Both the position numbers and the translations under genes were made by a program. The notes under the pieces were generated by a model. The model was not told the origin of the DNA. It worked only from the letters and a program-made list of their open reading frames with translations, and made no database searches. A stretch of DNA of 24,000 nucleotides from Streptosporangiaceae bacterium (GTDB lineage Bacteria > Actinomycetota > Actinomycetes > Streptosporangiales > Streptosporangiaceae). Shown here one piece after another: positions 6,988 through 14,784 of the stretch; position 1 is the first letter of the stretch, and each line of letters starts with the position of its first letter. The stretch is taken from assembly GCA_035533915.1 (NCBI GenBank), contig DATLSX010000038.1, positions 81,019-105,018 of the forward strand. Direction: 5' to 3'.

Positions 6988-8042
6988 GGGGCATCCCCGC
7001 GGGTATCCCGGACGACGAGCACCGTGGCATCGTCGGTGCCTCGCTGGTAGTCGCGGTACAAGATGGCCGCTATGACTGCGGGGTCGCGGCGCAGCAGCCC
7101 TGGGTAGCTAGCCACTTCCCAGTGGCGGCGGATCCCGTCGGAGGCCAGGATCAAGGTGGCATCCGGGCCCCACTGGTGCGTCAGTTCCCTGGCGCGTGGC
7201 AGCGCCAGCTCAGTGCCCGCGGCTCCGTCGTGGCTGACCAGGCCATGGCTGCTGGCACCGTACAGGAGCAGCCCGCTAATGTTGCCGACCCCGGCGTAGA
7301 CCAGCTCGCCGCGTGCCGGGTCGATGACGCAGACTCCCAGTACCCCGCCTCGGGTGCCGCGCATGGCCTCATGCGCCCGCCGCAAGGATTTCTCCGGGCC
7401 GGCTACCGGGCAGGCACTGAATGCCGCGATGGCAGCCTGCGCAGCAGCGGCGGCCTGCGGGCCGTGTCCAAGCCCGTCGACGACCAGGGCAGCCAGGCGG
7501 TCGCCCGCAGCCAGGCGGTCGTCTTGAGCGACCGCCCAGCCGTCACCGGATTCGCCGGACCCGCCCAGCGGGACGTTCACGCCGCCCCAGGCGAAGTCCT
7601 CGTTCCCGGCTGGTGCACAGCCGTGCAGACGGGCCAGGATTATGGTCCCGGCCGGCCCGGTGTAGTGGTCGAAGACGGCGGACAACCGCCGGACGCTGGC
7701 CAGGCCCAGGCCCAGGCCCAGGCCCAGGCCGAGTCCGCCCGCGTGCGGCCGATCGGCGAGACGCTGCATTGGCGCCGGGGAGAGACTGCCCGGCCGCAGC
7801 CCGGGCCCGTGGTCGACGGAGATCAGTTCGATCCCGCCGCCGGCCGGACGGCAGAGCAGGTAGCCGCCGGAGGCATGCCGGAACAGGTTGGCTGCCAGCT
7901 CAGTAGCCGCGAGTTCGGCCTCGCTTGCCCGGATGGCAGGCAGCCGAGCCGCCATTCTGGCGACGGCCCGCCGCGCCGCGCCCACGTCCTCCTCGGCGCC
8001 GATGGCGAGCCGCAGCTGCGGCTCCTGGCTCAGCGCGCCCAT
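6984..8042 (-). CDS. Fusion protein: RsbW/RsbT-like HATPase (Ser kinase-like) domain plus PP2C/SpoIIE-family phosphatase domain
   Basis: 352 aa. N-terminal N box ELAATELAANLFRHA, G1 VDHGPGL, G2 GGLGLGLGLGLGLA. C-terminal PP2C motifs GDGWAV, VVDGLGHGPQAA, GVGNISG, LILASDGI, DDATVLVVR. It overlaps both neighbouring genes. Confidence 0.88.
   Translation of the reverse strand: MGALSQEPQLRLAIGAEEDVGAARRAVARMAARLPAIRASEAELAATELAANLFRHASGGYLLCRPAGGGIELISVDHGPGLRPGSLSPAPMQRLADRPHAGGLGLGLGLGLGLASVRRLSAVFDHYTGPAGTIILARLHGCAPAGNEDFAWGGVNVPLGGSGESGDGWAVAQDDRLAAGDRLAALVVDGLGHGPQAAAAAQAAIAAFSACPVAGPEKSLRRAHEAMRGTRGGVLGVCVIDPARGELVYAGVGNISGLLLYGASSHGLVSHDGAAGTELALPRARELTHQWGPDATLILASDGIRRHWEVASYPGLLRRDPAVIAAILYRDYQRGTDDATVLVVRDTRGDAP
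7489..7524 (-). repeat. In-frame 18-bp tandem duplication inside the phosphatase gene (DRLAAG / DRLAAL)
   Basis: GCAGCCAGGCGGTCGCCC (7489-7506) is followed by GCAGCCAGGCGGTCGTCT (7507-7524). The protein reads AQDDRLAAGDRLAALVVDGLGHG. Confidence 0.9.
7701..7730 (-). repeat. In-frame hexanucleotide microsatellite (CAGGCC)5 inside the phosphatase gene, encoding an expanded (Gly-Leu) run
   Basis: Five perfect CAGGCC units at 7701-7730, flanked by degenerate units GCTGGC and GAGTCC. On the coding strand this reads GGLGLGLGLGLGLAS, which is the G2 box of the HATPase-like domain. Confidence 0.95.
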
Positions 8043-8458
8043 TTGGTGATCACCACGGTCGTTCCTGACCCGCTGGCCGACGTGACATTCATCTCGTCGG
8101 TGAGCCGGCCGGCACCTGGCAGGCCCAGTCCCAGGCTGCCGCCGGTGCTGAATCCGTCGGACAGCGCCGCATCGAGATCAGGGATACCCGGGCCCTGGTC
8201 GCTGAACGTTGCCCGGACGCCGCGGCGGCCGCTGTCCTGGACCTGTTCGACCTGCAGGGTGCCGCGCGATCCGGTGGCGTAGGTGAGGATGTTGCGTGCC
8301 AGTTCGCTGCCGGCCGTGATCAGTTTGGTCTGGTCAACCAGCCCCAGCCCGGCGCTCAGCGCCTCGGCACGCAGCAACTGGCGAACGCGGATCAGGTCGG
8401 CCGCGTCGGCGATGGCGACGGCAACCGCGGTCGCCTCAGTCAAGCCGACGGCTGCCAT
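8030..8458 (-). CDS. RsbT-like anti-sigma regulatory factor (serine/threonine kinase, HATPase_c_2 type)
   Basis: 142 aa. N box GSELARNILTYA, G1 SDQGPGIPD, G2 STGGSLGLGLPGAGRL. This is the size and order expected of the third gene of an RsbR-RsbS-RsbT module. It overlaps both neighbours. Confidence 0.88.
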   Translation of the reverse strand: MAAVGLTEATAVAVAIADAADLIRVRQLLRAEALSAGLGLVDQTKLITAGSELARNILTYATGSRGTLQVEQVQDSGRRGVRATFSDQGPGIPDLDAALSDGFSTGGSLGLGLPGAGRLTDEMNVTSASGSGTTVVITKWAR

Positions 8459-8816
8459 CGCTTCGAAGCCGGCGCAACAGCGCCATGCCCTGCTCGGCGT
8501 TGAGCGCCGTGTCCAGCTTCCCCATCGGCACGCCCAGCTCGACGAGGGTGATCGCGACCGCCGGCCGCATCCCGACGATCGCCGCTTCGGAACCTAGCAG
8601 CCGGATCATTCCCACTACCCGGGCCAGCGCCCTGGCGATGAACGAGTCGACCACGGCCAGGCCGCTGACGTCGATCAGCGTCCCGGTCGCCCCTCGCCGG
8701 GCCACCTCCCTGGTGAGCTGCTCTTCCACCGCGATTACCGTGGCATCGTCAAGGTCGCCCTGCAGGCTCACCAGCAGAGTGTCCCCGACCTGCATGATCG
8801 GTACTACCCCGGTCAC
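8436..8816 (-). CDS. RsbS-like single STAS-domain protein (anti-sigma-factor antagonist family)
   Basis: 126 aa. VPIMQVGDTLLVSLQGDLDD, IDVSGLAVVDSFIARAL (conserved phosphorylatable Ser in the DSF context), AAIVGMRPAVAITLVELG. GTG start overlaps the RsbR-like stop (GTGA at 8813-8816). Confidence 0.9.
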   Translation of the reverse strand: MTGVVPIMQVGDTLLVSLQGDLDDATVIAVEEQLTREVARRGATGTLIDVSGLAVVDSFIARALARVVGMIRLLGSEAAIVGMRPAVAITLVELGVPMGKLDTALNAEQGMALLRRLRSDGSRRLD

Positions 8817-10075
8817 GTCTGGCCGCCGGCGGTCACTGTCGCGACGGCGCTTGCCGCCACGCCTGCGCGTTCGTGCACCATCAGCAATGCCAGTTGCAGC
8901 GCGTCGCGCAGGGTGTTGCGAGTGCGAAGCCTGCCCAGGTCGATGCCCAGGTGCACGATCGCCTGAGCGGTCTCTGGCCGTACCCCGCTCATGATGCTCG
9001 CGGCGCCCATCAGCGTGGCAGCCTGGACCGTCCGCAGCAGGTGCTGGGCTACTTGCGTGTCGATCGTCGGCACTCCGCTGACATCCAGGATGATCACCTC
9101 GGCCTGATGCTCAGCGATCTTCTCCAGCAGGCCCTCGGTCAGCCGGGCGGCCCGCGCGGAGTCCAGCGTCCCGATGATCGGGAGCGCCAGTACCTTGTCC
9201 CACAGCTGGATCACCGGCGTGGACAGCTCCATGATCTCGTCGCGCTGCCGGCGCAGCCGCTGTTGCTGCTCACGGCGCTCGGTAGCATCGCGGATCGCCG
9301 CGACCGCTCGCGGGCCGCGGTCGGTCTCCAGCGGGCTCAGGCTAATCTCCACCGGGAACTCGGTGCCGTCCCGGCGAATGCCGGACAGCTCTAGCCCGGC
9401 GCCCATCGGGCGTGCCCGCGCGGCGCTGAAGAACTCGTCGCGGTGCCGCGGGTGGCGCTGGCGGAACCGCGGCGGCACCAAGATCTCTACGTCCTGCCCG
9501 GTCAGCTGCTCCCGGCTGTAGCCGAACAGCCGCTCCGCCTGCCGGTTGACTAGCTCGATCCGCCCGTCAGGAGCCGCGATCACGATCGCGTCAGGAGCCG
9601 ATTCCAGCAGTCCGCGGAACATCACGTCGGCCTGATGGCGATCGCTGATGTCCCTGGTGACCCGGGCGTACCCGGTGATCGACCCGTCTTGCCCGTGGAT
9701 CGGCGCCGTGATCACGCTCGCCCAGAACCGCTGCCCGTCCTTGCGGACCCGCCAGCCCTCCGACTCCAGGCGCCCGGTCTCCTCGGCCTTGCGCAACTCG
9801 GCCTCGGCTGCCCCTGCCGCCTGCTCTTCGTCGGTGTAGAACAGCGACACCGGTTTGCCGAGGACCTCTGCGGCCGCGTAACCAAGCAGTGCCTGGGCGC
9901 CTGCGTTCCAGCTCGCAATGTTGCCCTCGGCGTCGAGATTGATGATCTCGTAGTCGGCGGCGGCGTCGAGCAGTGCTTCTAGATCGTGCAACCGCGGACC
10001 CGCGTCCGGCTCGCCGTCTGGCATTGCGGCCATCACTAACCCCAATCCCCGGCGTCGGCCGGATTCCATCCTCAC
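8813..10075 (-). CDS. RsbR-like stressosome sensor protein: two N-terminal PAS domains plus C-terminal STAS domain
   Basis: 420 aa. PAS1 (INLDAEGNIASWNAGAQALLGY...WRVRKDGQRFWASV). PAS2 (SAPDAIVIAAPDGRIELVNRQAERLFGY...GIRRDGTEFPVEISLSP). STAS (STPVIQLWDKVLALPIIGTLDSARA...ILDVSGVPTIDTQVAQHLL...SGVRPETAQAIVHLG). The true start may be ATG 10033 (MAAMPDGE), preceded by GGGG. Confidence 0.88.
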   Translation of the reverse strand: MRMESGRRRGLGLVMAAMPDGEPDAGPRLHDLEALLDAAADYEIINLDAEGNIASWNAGAQALLGYAAAEVLGKPVSLFYTDEEQAAGAAEAELRKAEETGRLESEGWRVRKDGQRFWASVITAPIHGQDGSITGYARVTRDISDRHQADVMFRGLLESAPDAIVIAAPDGRIELVNRQAERLFGYSREQLTGQDVEILVPPRFRQRHPRHRDEFFSAARARPMGAGLELSGIRRDGTEFPVEISLSPLETDRGPRAVAAIRDATERREQQQRLRRQRDEIMELSTPVIQLWDKVLALPIIGTLDSARAARLTEGLLEKIAEHQAEVIILDVSGVPTIDTQVAQHLLRTVQAATLMGAASIMSGVRPETAQAIVHLGIDLGRLRTRNTLRDALQLALLMVHERAGVAASAVATVTAGGQT

Positions 10076-10340
10076 CGCCCTATGCTGATCGTACCGGGAT
10101 GCTCACCTCTAAAGCCGGGCAGTTCCCCGCCAGCGGCGGGCGCGCCGCTGGGCTCAGCGGATGACCTGCGCTCAGGCGCGGAGGCGTGCCTAGTGGTACG
10201 AATAGCGGAAGGTAACTTAGTCAAAAGGCCATTCAGCGAGCGGCGTTACTATGACCTGGTGCACGTCGAGAGCAGGCCAGGACCCGATGTGAGCGTGCCG
10301 TGCCAGCAAGTCGCGGCGGGCGAGACGAGGTCCGCCCAGG

Positions 10341-10400
10341 CGGGTTCCGCTCACGCGGGTTCCGCTCACGCCGGTTCCGCTCACGCCGGTTCCGCACAGG
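10341..10400. repeat. Four tandem copies of a 15-bp unit (CGGGTTCCGCTCACG) in the divergent rsbR-like/TetR control region
   Basis: CGGGTTCCGCTCACG, CGGGTTCCGCTCACG, CCGGTTCCGCTCACG, CCGGTTCCGCACAGG. If translated in the long 10082 ORF, it reads in frame as (GSAHA)n. Confidence 0.95.
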
Positions 10401-10522
10401 GCGACGTTGTTCAGGCTGACGCGCTGCCGGTCGGTGCTGCCCGGCGCACCCGTGCGCCGGTTGTCCCGCTGCTTGGCGGTCTGGCGGAAGGCAGCGACCA
10501 GGAAGACAGGTCCGCCGACGAG

Positions 10523-11125
10523 GTGGAGCCGACGGACGGTCGCGCCGCCAGGTCGCACCGGACCCGGCGCGCCATCATAAACGCCATGCGGGTCCTGCAT
10601 GCCGAAGGTGACCTGCGCCCGACTGCTCCGCGGATCGCTGAGCGAGCGGGCGTGTCGCTGCGCACCGTCTGGCAGCAGTTCGCCGACATGGAAGCGCTGC
10701 TGATCGAGTCTGTCAACCGGGACAAGGAGATCCTCCGGTCGCTGGTGAACCGGATCGACCCAGATCAGCCGCTGGCCGCGCGGATCGAGTCGTTCGTCAG
10801 CCAGCGGGCCCGCGTCCTTGAGGAGATGACTCCGACGTGGCGGGCGGCCCGCATCCACGAACCGTTCTCCGATCAGCTGCGGGACGACCGGAAGCGAAAG
10901 ACCGACGGGGGACGGGCGGAACTTGAGACGGTATTCGCGGCCGAACTGGCCCAGCTTCCGCAGGCGCAACGGGATCAGCTTGTGGACGCTCTGCATGCGA
11001 TCAGCCTCTGGGCGTTCTGGGAGACTCTGCGCACCGACCTCAGGCTGAGCCCGGCGCGGGCCAGGGCACTCCTGCTGGACACCTTCGCGGCGTTGCTCTG
11101 CCATGCCGGGTTCTCTGTGACCTAG
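10523..11125 (+). CDS. TetR/AcrR-family transcriptional regulator (N-terminus uncertain; ORF is open from 10082)
   Basis: HTH region RRAIINAMRVLHAEGDLRPTAPRIAERAGVSLRTVWQQFADMEALL, followed by a ~150-aa helical effector domain. GTG 10523 is the nearest in-frame start before the HTH. Other candidates are GTG 10289/10295 and ATG 10082. Confidence 0.8.
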   Translation: MEPTDGRAARSHRTRRAIINAMRVLHAEGDLRPTAPRIAERAGVSLRTVWQQFADMEALLIESVNRDKEILRSLVNRIDPDQPLAARIESFVSQRARVLEEMTPTWRAARIHEPFSDQLRDDRKRKTDGGRAELETVFAAELAQLPQAQRDQLVDALHAISLWAFWETLRTDLRLSPARARALLLDTFAALLCHAGFSVT

Positions 11126-11319
11126 CCGAAGCAGCCGCCAGCAGCGGAAATGGGGTCAAGGCCGGTCGCCCCGGCGAAGCGCGGAGCCGCACCGGACGGA
11201 CCGAAACACCACGTTAAGTACCGTGCGCCGGCTATTGAACCTGCACGAGTCGTGCAGATATCTTGACCTCATTGCCCGGAGTGCCGGGCATGGTCACCTC
11301 CGACAATGGTGAGGCCCGC

Positions 11320-13200
11320 ATGAGTGCGACCGCGGAAGAATTGTCCCCCACCCGGCCCGGCGGAGCGTCCTGGCTATGGCGTCGTCAGCTTGACTCGTAT
11401 CCCGAGACGACGGCACGCGTCACGTACCTAGCCATCACCGTTCTTGCCACGATCACGCTGTACTACGAGCTCTACGTGGGCGGTTCGGTATCCACGCTGA
11501 TCCTGAACAACCTGCACATGTCATTCACGTTCTTCGTCACCACCCTGGCTTTCGGGAACCTGCTCGGAGCGTTCGGCTCGCTCTTCGCAGGAATCACCGA
11601 CCGGCTTGGCCGCGCCAACCTGGTGGTCTTCGGCCTGCTCTTCACCGGGGTTTTCGTAGCCTTCGTACTGCCAGCCGCCACCAGCAAATGGGTCTTCACG
11701 GTCGAAAGCTTCGTGGTCGGCATCGTCGAAGGTATCTGCCTGGTTGCTACCCCGGCGCTGATCCGTGACTTCTCGCCGCAGGTCGGCAGGGCTACCGCGA
11801 TGGGTTTCTGGACCAGCGGCCCGGTACTCGGCAGCCTCATCGTCGCCGAGGTAGGCACGCTCACGATCCCGGCGACCGTCACTAGCCCGCGGTTCTGGAC
11901 GCACGAGTACGTCATCTGCGGCATCGCCGGCCTGATCGTGTTCCTGGTCGCGCTGATCGGCCTGCGCGAGCTCTCGCCGGCCCTGCGCGACCAGCTCATG
12001 GTGACCATGCACGACCGCGCGCTGATCGAAGCTCGCGCGAAGGGGCTGGACATCGAGGCGGCGCTGAAGCGCCCGTTCCGCCAGTTGCTCAAGCCGGACG
12101 TCGTCGTCTCGGCCTTCGCCGTATCGATCATGCTGCTCATCTACTACACGGCAGTCGGATTCGCCGTCATCTACCTGTCCACAGTCTTCGGCCTCGGCCT
12201 CAAGGACGCCAACGGCCTGGGCAACTGGAACTGGGGCTTCAACGTCATCGCGGTGATCCTGATCGGCATGGTCTCGGACCGGTTCCGGGTGCGGAAGCCG
12301 TTCATGGTGGTCGGCGGCATCGGTGCCGCGGTGATGACCGTGGTCTATCTCATGCAGGCAGGGCATCACCCGAGTTACTACGCCCTTGCCTACATCCTGG
12401 CCGGGCTGTCATTCTTCCTCGGCGTGGCCTACACGCCGTGGATGGCCAGCTTCACCGAGACGGTCGAGGCGCGCAACCCGGCGCTCACCGCCACCGGGCT
12501 CGCCATCTGGGGCTGGATCATCAGGATCGTGGTATTCGCTGCCTTCCTGGTCATCCCGCACGTCGTCACCTCGGTCACGCCCCTGGTGAACTATGGCGGG
12601 CAGGTCCAGGCATATGCGACTCAGTACAAGAGCCAGCTCGCGTTCGCGCAGACTCACCCGGCCATCGTCGCGACGGCTCAGAAATACCAGGTTCAGGCCG
12701 CCAACGCGCAGAAGTTCGCGCCCGAACTGAAGGTGATCCAGGCCAATCCGGTGATTTTCACCAAGCTGGCGGCTTACCCGAACCCGGCGACGATCCCGCC
12801 GAGCCTCCTCGCTCAGGCCGTTGCCGCGGCCGGCGGCGGTTCGACCGGGCTCCAGGTCCTGCAGACCATGGGAGCCAACAAGGCTGCCATCGACGGCGTC
12901 ATCGCGGTCGCGCCGCAGCTGCAGACGCTGGCCCCGTTCCAGGCGCAACTGCTGGCGCTGTCGAAGGTCCCGCCGTCAGCGTTCGCGTATCTGAGCGCGC
13001 ATGGAACGGCTGTGCAGAAGGCCGCGACGCAGACCGTCGGCCAGTGGAAGGACTGGTACTGGGTTTGCTTCGGCGGGATCGTGTTCTTCCTGCTCAGCAT
13101 CCCGCTGCTGCGCGGCCGGTGGAGCCCGTCCGCCGCCCGCAAGGACGAGCAGGAGCACGAGGCCAAGGTGGATGCCGAACTGGCGGCGCTTAACGCCTGA
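11320..13200 (+). CDS. MFS transporter with a ~200-aa C-terminal extension carrying one extra TM helix
   Basis: Track ORF 11263..13200. I prefer ATG 11320 (GGTGAGG 6 nt upstream). There are about 12 hydrophobic helices up to ~residue 445, with MFS loop motif GxxTDRLGR (GITDRLGRAN). Then an A/Q/P-rich segment, a final helix WYWVCFGGIVFFLLSIPLL and a charged tail. Confidence 0.85.
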   Translation: MSATAEELSPTRPGGASWLWRRQLDSYPETTARVTYLAITVLATITLYYELYVGGSVSTLILNNLHMSFTFFVTTLAFGNLLGAFGSLFAGITDRLGRANLVVFGLLFTGVFVAFVLPAATSKWVFTVESFVVGIVEGICLVATPALIRDFSPQVGRATAMGFWTSGPVLGSLIVAEVGTLTIPATVTSPRFWTHEYVICGIAGLIVFLVALIGLRELSPALRDQLMVTMHDRALIEARAKGLDIEAALKRPFRQLLKPDVVVSAFAVSIMLLIYYTAVGFAVIYLSTVFGLGLKDANGLGNWNWGFNVIAVILIGMVSDRFRVRKPFMVVGGIGAAVMTVVYLMQAGHHPSYYALAYILAGLSFFLGVAYTPWMASFTETVEARNPALTATGLAIWGWIIRIVVFAAFLVIPHVVTSVTPLVNYGGQVQAYATQYKSQLAFAQTHPAIVATAQKYQVQAANAQKFAPELKVIQANPVIFTKLAAYPNPATIPPSLLAQAVAAAGGGSTGLQVLQTMGANKAAIDGVIAVAPQLQTLAPFQAQLLALSKVPPSAFAYLSAHGTAVQKAATQTVGQWKDWYWVCFGGIVFFLLSIPLLRGRWSPSAARKDEQEHEAKVDAELAALNA

Positions 13201-13409
13201 GGCTGCCCGGGATCGCGTGCTTGCGCCTGAAGTCGCTGATTCGGCGCGACCTTGGTGGCGTGGGCAGGTGGCCTGAGGTTAGGAAGGGCAGCGCTGGCCC
13301 GGCGGGTCCGATGAGGCCTGCCGGGCCAGTGCTGGTATGGACGGTCGGGCGCAAGCCGCTGGCGGTCGGCTGGCGGTCGGTATCGGCGGCCCTGGGAGAA
13401 GCGTGCCGC

Positions 13410-14765
13410 ATGACGGAGAACGTGCTTGACCTAGCCGACCGGCTCTGGCGGGGCGAGGTAGCAACCGGGGACTATCACCCCTTCAGTCACCTGGGCGGCC
13501 TGGCCGAGATCTGCGAGGGCGTTGCCTTCGTGCCGTCGTTCGCGAACGTCTCGGCGTTCACTACCGCGGACGGTCTCGTGCTGGTGGACACGGCTAGTTC
13601 CTTTGTGGCCGCCGCGGTGCACAAGGAGCTCCGAAGGTGGACCAGCCAGCGGCTGAACACCGCGGTCTACTCGCACGGTCACATCGACCACGTGTTCGGC
13701 GTGCCGGTCTGGGAGGACGAGTCGGATCAGCGGGGCTGGCCGGCCCCGGTGGTGATCGCGCACGAGGCGCTGCCGGCCCGGTTCGACCGGTACATCATGA
13801 CGGCTGGCTACAACGAGGTGATCAACCAGCGGCAGTTCGGCGTCCCCGGCCTGCGCTGGCCGGTGGAGTACCGCTACCCGGACCGGACCTACCGCGACGA
13901 GCTCGCGCTGGAGGTCGGCGGTACCGGATTCGAGCTGCGGCACGAAAAGGGCGAGACCGACGACCACACGGTGACCTGGGTACCGGACCGGCGGGTGCTG
14001 TGCTGCGGCGACCTGTTCATCTGGGCGTCGCCGAATGCCGGCAACCCGCAGAAGGTTCAGCGCTACCCGAAGGAGTGGGCCGCCGCGCTCCGCCAGATGC
14101 TCGAGCTGGGACCGGAGTACCTGCTGCCCGGGCACGGTCTCCCCGTCGTCGGGGCTGATCGAGTCAGCCAGGCGCTCACGGACACAGCCGACCTGCTCGA
14201 TTCGCTGGTCGACCAGACCCTTGCGGTGATGAATGGCGGCGGCAGGCTAGACGACGCCATTCATGGCGTCGTGCCCCCGGCGCACCTGATGGACCGGCCG
14301 TACCTGCGGCCGGTCTACGACGAGCCCGAGTTCATCGTCCATACCGTCTGGCGGCAGTACGGCGGCTGGTGGGACGGCAACCCGGCAAGCCTGAAGCCCG
14401 CGCCGGAACGGGCGCTCGCCGTCGAGCTGGCGGCGCTAGCCGGCGGCGCTCAGGTGCTCGCCGACCGGGCACTAGCACTGGTGACCGCGGCACCGGCCGA
14501 TGCCTGGTCGGCTCCCTCCGGCCCGGACGCTGCTATGAATGCCGGTGGCGCGCGTGCTGCGGGGCGTGGCGACGGGCCGGGTGCCGAGGCCGCATTGCGT
14601 CTCGCGGGGCATCTGGCTGAGCTGGCCTGGCTGGCCGCTCCTGGCGATCGAGGCATCGCGCGGATCAGGCAGCAGGTCTACACGGCGCGAGCTGATGCCG
14701 CGACCTCGACGATGGCGACCGGCGTCTTTCGCTGGGCAGCCCATGAATCAGACAGTGCTCCATAA
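13410..14765 (+). CDS. MBL-fold hydrolase of the alkyl/aryl-sulfatase (SdsA1/BDS1-like) family, short form without an SCP2-like C-terminal domain
   Basis: Track ORF 13221..14765. I prefer ATG 13410 (GGGAGA upstream; MTENVLDLADRLW). Metal motif YSHGHIDHVFG, plus TDDHTVTWVPD, CCGDLF, PGHG, and the alkyl-sulfatase dimerisation-type motif WRQYGGWWDGNPASLKP. Confidence 0.82.
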   Translation: MTENVLDLADRLWRGEVATGDYHPFSHLGGLAEICEGVAFVPSFANVSAFTTADGLVLVDTASSFVAAAVHKELRRWTSQRLNTAVYSHGHIDHVFGVPVWEDESDQRGWPAPVVIAHEALPARFDRYIMTAGYNEVINQRQFGVPGLRWPVEYRYPDRTYRDELALEVGGTGFELRHEKGETDDHTVTWVPDRRVLCCGDLFIWASPNAGNPQKVQRYPKEWAAALRQMLELGPEYLLPGHGLPVVGADRVSQALTDTADLLDSLVDQTLAVMNGGGRLDDAIHGVVPPAHLMDRPYLRPVYDEPEFIVHTVWRQYGGWWDGNPASLKPAPERALAVELAALAGGAQVLADRALALVTAAPADAWSAPSGPDAAMNAGGARAAGRGDGPGAEAALRLAGHLAELAWLAAPGDRGIARIRQQVYTARADAATSTMATGVFRWAAHESDSAP

Positions 14766-14784
14766 GCTTCGGCGCGGCGGGCGG

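Noticed and set aside
7122-8282. 386-aa plus-strand ORF antisense to the PP2C and RsbT-like genes
   Set aside because: It is a shadow ORF of two motif-rich minus-strand genes. The translation is low-complexity (AQAQAQAQAQ comes from the microsatellite) with no recognisable domain.
10217-11104. 295-aa minus-strand ORF opposite the TetR gene
   Set aside because: It lies antisense to a clear TetR HTH plus effector domain and has no motifs. The GTGVSGTGVSGT stretch is just the reverse translation of the 15-bp repeat.
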